Of a DNA stretch of 64,000 bases, positions 26,306 through 39,100 are shown in pieces. Position 1 is the first letter of the stretch; each line of letters opens with the position of its first letter. Source of the DNA: Selaginella moellendorffii (Eukaryota; Plantae; Lycopodiophyta). The position numbers and the translations under genes were made by a program. The notes beneath the pieces were generated by a model. That model was not told the origin of the DNA and did no database searches. It saw nothing but the letters and a program-made list of their open reading frames with translations. The stretch covers positions 2,039,048 through 2,103,047 of the forward strand of contig NW_003314270.1 in the NCBI RefSeq assembly GCF_000143415.4, written 5' to 3'.

Positions 26306-27927
26306 ATGGAGGCTGTCGGCGTCCCCGTCTGGCAAGTGATTACGCTCGTCACGATCCTCTCTTGGCTGCGATTCTCCAGCTTCACCAATCTCACCCTGCG
26401 CGCTCGATCCATTCTCCAGCCGCTGGTGACGCAGCGGGTTCTCAAGGGGACTGAGACGATCCTTCACATCCAGGTACGCTTCTTCGTCACGAATCTGGAG
26501 CTAGATCGATTGATCCGCGAAGATTTCTTGCAGCGTTCCAAGAATCCATTCTGGGATGTCGTGTTCGCCGTCGCATCCTCGGTGGTATCGGTGGAGTTCT
26601 ACACTGCGTTTCTCCCGCTTCTCTTCTGGGTAAATAGTTTCGCGTTTGTTCTAAGTAGTAGCCTCCGGGTTTGAATTTTTTCTTTCTTTGTTCTTTGTTC
26701 TTCATTCTTCCAGTGTGGCCAGACGAGGCTTGCGAGGCAAATGACGATCCTTATGGCTGTTTGCATCTACGTTGGGAATTGTGTCAAGGACGTTGTCTCG
26801 GCCCCCCGGCCAGCATCTCCTCCGGTCAGGCGTCTCACTGCCATTAAATGCGAGGAGGAGTCCGCCATGGAGTTTGGACTCCCCTCTTCTCACACTATCA
26901 ACACAATCTGTTTATCACTGTAAGCTTCGGTATTCGCGTGCTGAGGTGATCCATTCCATTGTCTTACTTTGTTCTTTGTTTGTCTTTCTCCAGGTATCTC
27001 TTTAATTACTTCATGAACCACCAGCAGTTTCCAAGCGATTCTCGCGTGTGGTGGCTTGTGTTGGGAATCATCTGCCTCGTGATTGTTCTTGTTGCTTACG
27101 GTAAGAACGGCCAAGTTGTCTTTGCTCAGCGTGGTGTAACGTGTTCCTTGCTTTTTCCAGGGAGACTTTACTTGGGCATGCACACGCCCATCGATGTCTA
27201 TGCGGGGATTCCCATTGGCTTGTGCCTATTGATGTTTTGGTGCTGCGTTGACGATCATATCGACCAATTTGTCACGGAGGGTGAAAACGGTATGCTGCCA
27301 AAATCCAGTTACATGATACGACGAACAAAAGACACTCTTTTTGCAGTTCTTCCGTTCTGGACAAGCATGTCATTTCTCGTTCTCTTCGCGTATCCAAGGC
27401 CAGAATACAAGACACCAAGCTTTGAGTTTCACACTGCTTTCAACGGCGTCGTACTGGGAGTGGTAAGCTCTCCTTCTGTTCTATCCTCGATTCTCATCGA
27501 TCATTCTCAGGTATATGGATCACACAGATTCTACTCGTATGGCCAAACGACAGCCCTCTCAATCTCAACACTCCAGGACACGCTCAACTTAATCCTCAGA
27601 CTCGCGATTGGATTTCCAACCGTTCTAGCTGTCAAGGAGCTGTCCAAGGAACTCGCAAAGCAGCTACTTCCGTGGGTATGCCGAGCCTTCTTCGTCCCCA
27701 TCTATTCCTCTTCCTACGTCCCGCCGCTGCAAGAAAAGGCGAAGAACAGCGACAAGAAGAGCTCTCCCCGCGACGAAGAGACGAGAAATTTGTGGCTAAG
27801 ACTGCTGCCTGTGATCGATGAAGATCACTTGGACGTGGACACGGGCATCCGGCTTTTGCAATACGCTGCTCTTGGATGGTCAGTCGCTGAGCTCGCTCCG
27901 TCCATTTTCCAGTACCTGGGAGTTTAG
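26306..27927 (+). CDS. Sphingoid long-chain-base phosphate phosphatase (PAP2 family, LPP-delta/SPP1-like)
   Basis: KDVVSAPRP, EFGLPSSHTINT and GRLYLGMHTPIDV PAP2 motifs. AYPRPEYKTPSFEFHTAFNGV and DVDTGIRLLQYAALGWSV. Confidence 0.92.
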
Positions 27928-28142
27928 GAGCCACCACGAAGAACCTCTTTTTTTTCGTCCGGGAGGATGATCGTGGTGGAAGAAAAGCTCTCGCTGGAAT
28001 GTTTGTACCATAGTCGCAACTTTGATCATAACAAGTTCTTTGCAATCCATGGTGGTATTTAATAGCAATTTTACCGCGAAAATCTTACGGCTAGGATCGC
28101 ACGGCACATTTTTAGGGTTCTTGCGGGGGGGAAAGGAGCGCC

Positions 28143-29270
28143 ATGGCGCCACTGCTGCTGCTACTGCCACTGCTACTGCTGATTTCGTCGATCGCGCCGA
28201 GCGCCATGGCAGCGCCGGCGCACACGAGCAATTGGGCGGTGCTGGTATGTACCTCGCGCTACTGGTTCAACTACAGGCATATGGCCAACACCCTCTCGAT
28301 CTACCACACCGTCAAGCGCCTGGGCATCCCGGACGATCACATCCTCCTCATGCTCGCCGACGACATGGCGTGCAACGCCAGGAATTCCCGCCCGGCCCAG
28401 GTCTTCAACAACGAGGATCACAAGCTCAACCTCTACGGCGAGAATGTGGAGGTGGATTACCGCGGCTACGAGGTCACCGTGGACAATTTCCTGCGCGTCC
28501 TCACCGGCCGCCACGATCCGGCAGTCCCGCGATCCAAGCGCCTCCTCAGCGACGAGTCCAGCAACGTCTTGCTCTACATGACCGGCCATGGTGGCGACCA
28601 GTTCATCAAGTTCCAGGACGCGGAGGAGATCCAGAGCCACGACCTGGCCGACGCCATCCAGCAGATGCATCAAAAGGGGCGATACAGGGAGATCTTGTTC
28701 ATGGTGGACACTTGCCAGGCCTCGACGCTCTACTCGCAAGTCTACTCGCCTGGAGTGCTGGCCGCGAGCAGCAGTAAGAAGGGGGAGAACTCCTACTCCC
28801 ACCACCTCGACATGGACGTTGGCGTCTCGGTGATCGATCGCTTCACGTACTACACGCTCCAGTTTCTCGAGGGCGTGAGGACCGACAGCGCCGCCACCCT
28901 CGAGAGCTTGTTCCGGGTCTACGATCCCCGGCTGCTCATGTCCAACGCCAGCTTCAGGGACGACTTGTTCCGGAGGAAGCTGGACGAGGTCCGCGTGACC
29001 GAGTTCTTTGGATCCGTCATGGACGTCAAGCACACCCCGTCGGGATACAGTGGCTTCACTGGCGATCCTACTCGACGAAGTGATCGACGCCGCAGCGAAG
29101 GAGAAGCCAAGCCTCGACGAGAGGAAAGAGAAGCTACTGCTGCTGCTGCTGCTGCTGCTAGTGAGCTCGAGGTCGGTGCTGGAGACGAGGGAGATTGGGT
29201 GCTCGGGGTGAGTTGCTTGCTGATTGGAGTCACCACCGTCTTGTGGCACAAAGCTCTAAGGACAGACTGA
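28143..29270 (+). CDS. GPI8: GPI-anchor transamidase catalytic subunit (peptidase C13), intronless
   Basis: Signal peptide, [23 protein letters not shown], catalytic TGHGG and [15 protein letters not shown]-terminal TM. Confidence 0.96.
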   Translation: MAPLLLLLPLLLLISSIAPSAMAAPAHTSNWAVLVCTSRYWFNYRHMANTLSIYHTVKRLGIPDDHILLMLADDMACNARNSRPAQVFNNEDHKLNLYGENVEVDYRGYEVTVDNFLRVLTGRHDPAVPRSKRLLSDESSNVLLYMTGHGGDQFIKFQDAEEIQSHDLADAIQQMHQKGRYREILFMVDTCQASTLYSQVYSPGVLAASSSKKGENSYSHHLDMDVGVSVIDRFTYYTLQFLEGVRTDSAATLESLFRVYDPRLLMSNASFRDDLFRRKLDEVRVTEFFGSVMDVKHTPSGYSGFTGDPTRRSDRRRSEGEAKPRREEREATAAAAAAASELEVGAGDEGDWVLGVSCLLIGVTTVLWHKALRTD

Positions 29271-29303
29271 GCGTCCCAAAGAGAAGCTTTTCGTTTCGTG
29301 TCC

Positions 29304-30994
29304 TCAAGTTCCAGCAGCGTCCTTCGCAGCTTTCAGCTCCGCCAGGCTCTTTGGCCCGTCAAATTGAGATTCTCTCAAAGTGACGCTGTTCCTGGCAGAG
29401 GTGCTGCTGGGAGCAGCACCGGCAGCGGCGGCGAGCTTGGGCTTCTTGGCGACTTTGTTGTGTCGCCAGTGCTGCTGCTGCATCACTCCCAAGTATCTCG
29501 AGTTCCGGGCGTGGTGACGCTGTTGCTGCTGTTGGTGGTGGTGCTGGAAGTTGTGAAACTGGTGCTGGTGGAGTCTCTGGTTAGCAGCATACTTGAGCCG
29601 GGTCTTCACGCTGGGCCTTCCGAGCCTGCTATGGACGCTGCGACTGCCACCATTCGCCACCCTCCAGCTTTCCAGTCGATGGTGAAGAGCAGGATTGGTT
29701 TCGTCGTAAACTAGCCTGTTGTGAGCACTACTGTTGTCGCTGAGAAGCTTTAAGCGGTTTGCGGCAAAGAGGCTCCTGTGGTTCCCTCTCGGAAACACCA
29801 GCCGGTCCTCGAGCCTCCCTCGGTTTAGTCCCTCCAAGTTCCTGGCCATGAGAAGAGCTTCCAAGTCGGGATCAATCCGCTGCTCCTGGACGAGAGGCTG
29901 CCGCGAGCTGATCATGCAGTCGTAAGGGAGCGATGGCTGGTACGGTGGATCGTAAGGCTTGTACTCGTTGAAGCTGTTCCGTGTGCCAGCGCTGGGGCCG
30001 TTTTGGAAAGCTCCTCGCTCGTAGCGGCAGCCTCCAAAGTCGTACGAAGCAGAGTCGAGGAGACGGTGTTGCTGGCTTTGGATTTGATCAAGCAGCTGCG
30101 AGGAGGAGCCATTTACTGGATCGAGGACGGTGTCGTAGTTATCTCCATCGTCCGAGTAAAAATCCTGCTGGGCTCCGGGATCTACGTCGTCGAAGTCGGG
30201 GGAGCTGCCTCCCATCGGCCACTCGTGGTGGTGCAGCCTGTAGAGTTCTTCGGACTTTCCGTCGCCACTGTCGGATTTCTCCTGCTGCTCTTCGTCCTGT
30301 GTCGGCGAGCTGCTGCTCTCCACCTGGTGCTGCTGCTCGTGTTCTTCCGGAGTTTCAAGCTGGACTTGGTGTGGAGGCTCGCCCGGGCCGCTTCTCTGGC
30401 CGATCGAGAGCTTGGAGCCCCCGTTTTGCGTGACGGTAGAGGCAGCAGGAACTTGAGGCTGGGATGGAGTTTGCTGCTGCTGGGCCAAAGTTTGGACCTG
30501 TTGGGAGCGACGAGCAAAGCCGTGCATGAACGGACACTGGTCTCCTTTTGCGCAGTATCCTTGAGAGTAGAAGTAACAGGGGACTCGAGAATTGGAGCTG
30601 GGATTCTCCTCCTCGGACACGTCCAGCGGCTGCGAGAAATCAAATACCATTATCCTCAAAGAAAGAAAAAGACTCTCTATCAAAGAAAGACTATGAAAAA
30701 TCCTAAGAGGAGAAGGAAGAAGACTCACGGGATGACGAAACGGGCAGTCTGGATTGAGGCAGTTCCCAGAGAGCCAGTACCAACAGTCGCGGGGATTTAA
30801 TCTCGCGACCTCGCTGTGCCTAAACTCGCATTGCATTCCCTGTGGCGCGGAGAGAAAGACGAAAAACACATTTTTTGGTGAATGTTCGTGCCCCGGCATG
30901 CGATCTTGCGGGAGAATTCCACATTTCTCACCTTCTTGCATGTGAGCGGCGACGCGAGGAAGTAAACGCAGTCCGTGTTCTTCTTGTCCTCCAT
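29304..30994 (-). CDS. CCCH zinc-finger protein (ZC3H11A-like plant family)
   Basis: NTDCVYFLASPLTCKKG.QCEFRHS; RDCWYWLSGNCLNPDCPFRHP; PCYFYSQGYCAKGDQCPFMHG; SSPDFD; C-terminal FDGPKSLAELK. Confidence 0.9.
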
Positions 30995-31082
30995 CACGCC
31001 AGATCTGGGCAAAACAAGCCCTAAACCTAACCCTAAATATCAGCAAAGGCAATCCAGGGGCTTTTATTTTCTCCTTGTTTCT

Positions 31083-32960
31083 TTACTGGATGGACATAGT
31101 TTGTATGAGGTATCCATCATTCACTGTGGGCATTGGCCAGTAGCTTGTTTTACTATTTGGATTCACTGGCTCCCATCTACAGTGTTTTACAATAATGTTT
31201 GAGTATAAATGGCAAGAAAATGGAGGAAAAGGAAGTACCTGTATTTTGTGATAAGCCTGTGTATGAAAATGCATAGCTCTAACTTAGCTAGTGCACTTCC
31301 TGGGCATGTTCTTTGTCCAGAGCCAAATGGAATAAATGTGCCAGTTTTAGCTGGGACCTGAAGGGAAGATATAAAAAGGTTTGGTAAGTATAAACATGAC
31401 AAATGCCATACTTTAAATCTAGATGGATCAAATCTTGTTGCATTGGGGTAAATGCTCTCATCTAAGTGGATTGCTGACATATGGACGTGCACCATCCAAT
31501 CTTTGGGCAAGGTATAACCTGTATAACACCAAGAGAACGATTGGAATTAGCTTCAATCACATGTAATCAAACCATTGTAGCTGATGTCCTTGGTGATTTT
31601 ACGTGTCACCAGCCCCACAACATTAGAAAGCCTTAGAGTCTCGTGGACAGCCTGCAAAAACACTCCAATTAAATCTAATATAAAAATAAGTGGAGCTCAG
31701 TCCAACCCTTAGAGTGGCTGGCATCAGCTTTGTGTCTTCCCATGTTAACTTATACTTTGTGGAGCCTTTCTCAAGGAGGACTTGTTTTTGCTCTTCCTGG
31801 AAATCAAGATTAATTCAAAACAACAGTTTAATAATAATAATAATAATACCTCCACTTCCTTGAAAGCTTGTGGATTCTCATGTAAGTATTTGATCAGCCA
31901 CAGGAGAGCCAGAGCTGTAGTGTGGTGGCCTCCAAACAACAGTGCCATGAGATTGTCTTCCACCTGTTGATTGGAGAGGGTTCCAACCTTGTCATCTTTG
32001 TGCGTAACAAACTCGCCCAATGCATCTTTGTGTGTCTCGCCCTTGGCAGCTACTTGTGCCCTCCTCTCGTTGATGAGCCCATCCAAGAATGTGTGGAGCC
32101 TTGCCCTGGCCTGATCGAATCACAATAGATCCAGAACTAGAAAGTTATATTTATCAGACACAAACCTGCAATGCTTTGTGATAAGGTGAGAAGGGTATGT
32201 CGATTGGAAACTGGAGCAGCCCCGTCTCTATGGCTTGGACGTCTCGCATGAGATCGATCGTGTCCGGAGTGGTGGGCAGCAGTTTCTGGCACACGAATCC
32301 AATCACCGTACAATAGCTAAACTGGCATGTCAAATGTTTATAATCAGATCAAGCGATCAATCTGGCGTGCGATGTGATCAAACCTTGACAGTTTCTTCCA
32401 TAACCGATACCGTCTTCTTCGATCCCCACGACTCTAGAATCTCCTGAGCCAAGTTATCGATCTTCTCGACATGGTGTTTGAGCACCTCTGGAACCATCAT
32501 CCCCAACATGATTCTCCGGTAGAGCGCATGGTCACTCCCGACGGCTTGGCTTATAGATTCCGGCCCAAACAATCGGCCAAACAAGCCTGAGGGACCGCAT
32601 TCAGCACAGCTGAGGAAGAACTTGGCTGCCTCTACTGTTGTTGTGACAATGGTGGGAGATCCAAGCAAGTTACTCGAGAAAACTCCTCCAAATCTGTAAA
32701 TCGGTCACAAACTTCATTAAATCAAGATCTGAGCGAAAGTCAACTTAGGAGAACCTCTTGCGTCGAGTGGTGAGGAAGTCTAGAGGGGATCCCAGGAAGA
32801 GAGAGACAGATTCTCCGACAAGAGGCCAGCCATGGCTTCCCGCCGGGAGTTTGATCGTGGATGATCCTTGGGAGGTGTAGAACTTACGGTAGATCAGCCA
32901 GAAAGAGAGTAGAAACGCGAGGACGTAAAGAGCATTCCAGGACAGCAGTAAAAGCTCCAT
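31083..32960 (-). CDS. Cytochrome P450, CYP85 clan, multi-exon
   Basis: N-terminal anchor, LPAGSHGWPLVGES, I-helix LLFGGHHTTA, K-helix ETLR, FDPSRF and heme motif FGSGQRTCPG. Confidence 0.93.
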
Positions 32961-34141
32961 AGCTTCTCTCGAGGAGGAACGAAGGATGCACAAGTTTTGG
33001 GATTTAAGTACCAGGCTGCCTTGACTGATTGTTGTGCCAGCTGATATGTTTTGACAGAAGAGAGAGCACAACACAGCACACAGCCCAGCACAAAAGAAGA
33101 TCAAATACCAAGCCTACTCCATAGCATTCTTTTGTTTATAAGTTTAAAATATCCTGTAGCGAGAAGGCTTTTCCATGCAAAATTCTTCGAACGGAGGCTT
33201 CCTCGTGTGCTTATGCTTGACTGCACTAGCCAATGACCTAGTTCCTGGTGGGAAGGAACGTTTTTAAGGGGGCTAAACTTTTCAGCTGAGGTAAATTTCT
33301 GGGAAATGCTCCAGGGAAGCCTCATGCATAGACTCATTTTTTCTTGTATGCTAACAGCCATTCCTGCTTAACGGAAAGCACTATGTAGTTTCTCTAGTAA
33401 TGTAACGGATCTTTCTTCCCTTTTCCCCTTTTTTTTTGAAGGTTCGAGAGTCAAGACAGCTCTAAATGGTCAAATAGCTGCCAAAGTAGTTTTGGATGGC
33501 AAACCCCAAACCATGTTATAAGCTTTCCCAAGGTATCGAGAGATTTTAAGTTTCTTGTCAATGTAGAGATCACTTTTCACCAGTGTTCTAAGCTTTAAAG
33601 TTTTTGAGCTTTCATTGCTTCTATGCTGTCATATAAATCAGAACTAGATATGCGCCTACGGATTACCACTGTGCTAATTACCACGCATGGTCGGTGATAT
33701 GCTCCCATGGTTTGCATTACAAATCGACATTGACAAAAGGCAGTGAATTGTTTTTCCATACAAAAAGCCAACATTGCATTTCCAAACCTCAGGAACTCAA
33801 CCATCAAGTTTGCGTGATGCTGTGTATCATGTCGAGCTCGCAACACTGTGCTTGTCTTAGTAGGCCTGGAGGTCAGAGCTCCTCTGGGGACCGAACAAAG
33901 TGGCAGAAAGCAAAGAGAGAAAAAAACCACAAACGAAGAAAAGATTTGCAGTCACCTCGGGTCCAAATCCGAGCCCGCCAAATGCGTCTACGGAAGTCTG
34001 GGTATGGAGTTCCTTAAGTAGCTCATAGGGCAGCCAGCCAATTGGCAAGCAAGAATCTCTTCTGCGAGGGAGGGAGCGAACTCCACACATCTCCAAACTT
34101 CTGGGAAGAGAGCGCCATTCTTTGTTTGTTTGTTGGCCGCC

Positions 34142-35559
34142 ATGGCGGGGCTCTTCTCGCGGTTTAAGAAGAAGGCGTTCCGGATGGAGATGCTGGTGTG
34201 GTGGACGCTGCTGGGAGTGCTTGTGGGAATCGCGCTGGGAGCTGGGCTTTACAATTCGCATCCCTCTGCTCTAACAGTGGAGCTCCTGGGTATGTATCAT
34301 AAGAGAAAAGATCTCCCCGTCGTTTGTCCTAAAAGCTCGATCTCTTTTCCTTTTTGCTTTCAAGGGTATCCTGGAGAGCTTTTCATCCGAGCTTTACAGG
34401 CCCTGGTTCTGCCATTGATTATGCTCGCATTGATGTCTGGAGTGTTCAGCTTGAGACACACAACCAGTGGGTATGATATTTTTCCTGTGATGTAGCTCGA
34501 TTTCTTTCTTGGCAAAAATGTAGAGTTGGCCGTATCACCAAGTGGTCTCTACTGTATTATCTACTGTCGATGATGCTTGCCGTGGTTTTGGGAATCGTCA
34601 TGGTGTCGGTGATCAAGCCTGGGAGAGACAAGCCATTCGACGACTCGGGTTTCACAAAGTGTGCCACTCGCAATGGAACTTCCCCCACAGAGTGAGAGTG
34701 ATACTTTCATGCTGTTTTCAGTTCTTACTTGAAGTTTTTTTTTATTTCTAGCACACCAAAGGCAGCAGCTGGGACTGTGGATTCCCTGCTCGAGATTGGC
34801 CGCGACTTGCTTCCTACAAACATCGTCGCGGCCGCTGCGAAGCCAAACTATTTGGGAGTCATGACTTTCGCCATTGTCTTCGCTTTCGCCACCAATACAT
34901 TCGGTGAGAAAATCTCTAAACCTGTCAAGGAAAAAAGCTCGTAACTCTCTCCTTTGTGTACCTCCAGGTGAGCGAGCCGAGCCTCTAGTTCATCTCATCG
35001 AGCTCTGCAACACCATCTTGATAAAAATCGTAACTTTCTTGTGTCTTCGATTGATCACAATCTTACATTGCTTTTTTCTTCTCCCGATCAGATCTTTGTA
35101 GTGGTCATGTTCACGCCCGTCGGAGTTGCGTCGCTCATCGCAGGCACCATTCTCAAGGCATGCAACGCCGTCCATCTTCTCAAATCTCTCGGCTTTTACA
35201 TGGCGACGGTGCTGGGCGGATTCTTCATCCATTCCACGCTGGTGCTGCCACTCACAGTCTTCCTCCTGTCGAGGCAAAATCCCCTCAAAGTTTTCAAGTA
35301 AGCAGCCCGGTTCTTTGAGCTCTTGAAGATCACAAGCTGGTATAAAGCGATTTGCTGCGTATCTACCAGATCATTTTTGCCAGCGCTGTGCATGGGACTG
35401 GGAACTTCCTCCAGCGCCGCCACAATGCCAGTGACAATGCAATGCGGCGGAGAACACGGCTGCGACCAGAGCATCGTCCAGTTTGTGATTCCTCTAGGAA
35501 CCAACATTAACCGCGACGGTGCCGCGCTCTACGAGGCAGTCTCAGCAATTTTTATCTGC

Positions 35560-35607
<48 letters not shown>

Positions 35608-36101
35608 CTCTTCGTCCTCCATCTCTCTCTCACTCACTTTTTTCTCTTCGTCCTCCATCCAGGCTCATGGAATCCATCTACCTGTAAGCAGCCTCTTCGT
35701 CATCGCCATCACTGCCACTCTCGCCGCTGTTGGCTCCGCGTCCATTCCCAGCTCCGCTCTGGTGACCATGATCACTGTTTTACAGGCAAGCCAGCTTTAA
35801 GCAAGACTATGCGAAGATTTTTTTCTCAATCTTTTCTTCTCCAGGCTGTGAATCTTCCCCAGTTTATTGGTGACGTTTCGGTCCTTTTTGCCGTGGACTG
35901 GCTGCTGGGGATGTTTCGCACGTCCGTTAACATCTGGGGTGATGCCTGTGCCTGCGTCGTCGTCGATACCTGGAACAAGCGATTCTCCAGGAAGCAACGA
36001 CCTCTCGAATTTCCCGACCAGGTAGCCATTCTTTCTTCTTCTTTCTCTCTCTCTCTCTCTTTGATGAGTTGTTTGTGATTCCCAAGGTGGCGCCAGTTTG
36101 A
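34142..36101 (+). CDS. SLC1/DAACS (dicarboxylate/amino acid:cation symporter, GltPh/EAAT-like) transporter
   Basis: GYPGELFIRALQALVLPL, HP1 GTSSSAATMP, TM7 PLGTNINRDGAALYE, HP2 ATLAAVGSASIPS and TM8 AVDWLLGMFRTSVNIWGD. Ends VAPV*. Includes a GC-AG intron at 35786-35844. Confidence 0.93.
35564..35603. repeat. (CT)n microsatellite in a DAACS intron
   Basis: Long ct run immediately after the donor GT. Confidence 0.9.
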
Positions 36102-36172
36102 TAAAACTCGTTGGAAGTATAATTCCGATCAAACTATCTATAGACACAAAATATGTATATATCAACATTAAG

Positions 36173-39100
36173 TCACTGCTTCTTTCTTCCTCCTTTCTTC
36201 CCGGACTTTTTCTTCTTCTTGTTTGATTTCTTAGGCGCGGGCTTAGTAGCGGACGAGCAAGGCTTTGCTGGCTCACTGGAGATAGTTTCTTTGCGCTGGA
36301 GAGCATCACCGAGCACGTCTTTAAGGCAATGGTTGAATTTGGATCTGCCATAACCTAGTTTCTCTGTTGCTGGATTTGTGACAGATAGAAGTAGCCAATC
36401 CGAGTCCTGCTTCTGGTGGTCGGCATGCCTGAGAGTTTGTAAAGTTATAGATCATCCATACAAGCAAAGCAAACACTTCACTCACCTAGGATCCATAAGC
36501 TCCAACAAAGCCTCGCATTCGCACTTGAAGTCGTTCATCTTCTCCACGAGGTCGTCTCGATCGGCCTTGAGTTGCCCATCCTGACCGGCAAAGGTTCGGC
36601 CTTTCAGAATCTCAATGGCGGAAGCCATGTCCAGCACGAAACTCACCAAGTCCGCCTGCCAGGAGAGTGTTACAAAGAACCGGAGGAAAAAAGAGAAAGG
36701 AAAGTATGCAGACCTTTAGAGGACACACTTCGGAGATGAATGACGAAACGTAGCCGTCGTCTTTACAAGCCATAGTGGTAAACGCGTTTTTGGCTTCCCG
36801 GACATACTCGTCATCCTGGACCAAGTTCTCTCTGGCAACTTGCAGCTTTTTCAGCAGCCTCCAGACCACGAAAAAGCCGAGCTTCGAATCGCCAACTTTC
36901 AGGTACCATGGAGACAATGCTTCTTCTTTTGCGGGAGCCGTCATCTCTGGCTCCGGACACTCGAATGTCAGCTCGACCTCGGAAGGTTTCAGCTCCGTTG
37001 TGTCATCAACTTCCTCCTCCTCAGCATCCACAGTCTGCAGCATCATATCATCCGGTTGCTGCAGTGACGCCAGGCTGAACTTCCACGGCTCCGGCTCCAC
37101 GTTGACATAAGTCTGGAACCGAGACTTAAATCCATGCCTGAATTTGTCTCTCCGCCTCAGAAGCAGAAACTGATCGCCGCATTCAACCATGAACCGGCAG
37201 AAGAGTAGCCGGAAGTGATTGTAGTTTGCACCTGTCTCGAAGAGGCACTGCAGCCCCTGCCTCAAGCTCGGAAGAAGATGGTCCAGCGCAGAAGACTGCC
37301 GGGTCACCAAGCTCCTCAGATCTCTGAATATGTGGCTGTTCACTGCCTGGTTCTCAAACTCCATGAAAATGGTTAAGAGCACTCGAATAATCCGAAAGAC
37401 TACCTCTGACTTTGGGATATCGAGCAGCCACTTGTCCAGGCGGTATCCGAGTAGCAGAGAACTGCAAATCTTCTGAATGACTTCCAGAGAGTTTGTCCCA
37501 ACACTCTTGCAAACTTTCTCCACGGAGCAGCCCATCCTCAACATCCGCGTGTACAGAATTTCCTGCGTAGACCCCGTCATAAACTCCATAGCCAGGCTTT
37601 CCGGGAGCGTTGCCTCTACGATGTGTGATAAGCACGCAATGCTAGAAACAAGTATTCGCTCCAGCATGTAGATGAACATCGACGGAGTGATATAATGCTG
37701 GAAGCCTTCCATGCTAAAGATGTCGTGCAGCCCTTGAGCACACTGGCTCATCGGCATCGCAAAGTGGTAGCAGTACTCGTTGGCAATAAAATCCTGCCCG
37801 GGACCATTCCTCAAATAAGGCTCCAGAATCTGTAGCATAACTGTTTCTTCGACCGAATCACTCGCTGCTGTAATGTCTCTGGCAAGCGCGCCCAGGTGAG
37901 GAGTAACTTTGGGATGGTCCCGTAAGCTAACGGGAGTATTCCCTCGGCGTACGAATAAACACCGGAAAACCTCCATCCTGAGACTTCGGAGTCTTCTTTC
38001 GTGAGTTTCGGACTTCCCCAAGCTACTGACCACGTCCATAATCTTCAACACTGACAGGCAGCTCTCGGCTCCACCAGCATTGCCTGCGTGGCTTTCCAGC
38101 ACTTCACAGAAGATTGCGCTCGTCGACTCTAGCTGACCCCGCCAAAAATCTGTTGCTAGAGACAGAAACTTTTCCGTTTTCAGCTGTGCCTTTCCACTGC
38201 CGACGGTCCAGTCTCCACCCCGTTTCAGCCAGTCAACCATGCTGTCCTCCACTATGCACAGCCCGGGAAGATGGTGCCGAGTAACGCCCATAAATTCCAA
38301 GCAAGAATCCAGAAGTGCGTCGCCTTGCGGAATAATTTTCTCGATCTTTGCCAGTGCCTTCAGCAGCGAGCTTATCTTCTGGAACCAAGTGTTCCAAACA
38401 GCGACCACAAACTGCAGAGTGTTGGTCATGTCACTAGCTGTTCTCAACGGCCTGTCCAAAACCTGTAGAGTAAGAAGCCCGAGCGAAGTCGAACCTTTAG
38501 CCAACTCTAGACCTTTCTCCAAGAGCTGACGCAGCACTATGATGTTTATAGTCGGGTCGTCTTTCGCCAGCTTCCAGTTCTCGAAAACATCTGACAGCGA
38601 GAGGTCGTCGTCATCTCTTAGGACTCGAAGCTGGATTTCTGCTCGAGGATCCCCTTTTGCCATTCTGTGAGCCTCAGTGACGAGCTTTTCATCTTCCAAA
38701 GGCCGCAAAGGCCACCCCAGGTTGTTGTTCGCCCATAGAAGTTTCAGCTGCATGTGTTTGATGATTTTTCTAGCTCCTTCGGCTCGATGTCCAGCTAGTT
38801 CTAGGAACTTTGCAGCGGCTATAAGATCTCCTTTCGCTTCGGCTACCTGAGAAGCTTCTTCGTAGTTCATGTAGAAGAACTCCACTTGCATAAGCTGCTC
38901 CAGATAGTCACGCCTCTTCAAAAAGTCCCGCTTCATGGAAATGCCCGGAAACGCGTGAACAAATTTCATCATCCTGTCAACGTCCTTCTTTCTGTGATAG
39001 TGCTCCGCCGAGGTCTTCAAGAGATTCACCACGTACTTATTGCTGAGGAATGAAGCATCTTGCTGTTCTCGGTCCCGGATAAAGTTCAGTCCCTTCTCAA

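Noticed and set aside
28173-29249. 358-aa antisense ORF opposite GPI8
   Set aside because: Shadow ORF expected from strong GC3 bias on the sense strand; no recognisable motifs.
29298-30800. Plus-strand ORFs (138-265 aa) opposite the CCCH gene
   Set aside because: Antisense shadows of a Gln/Ser-rich coding region.
33595-34030. Minus-strand ORFs between the P450 and DAACS genes
   Set aside because: No recognisable homology and no consistent spliced model.
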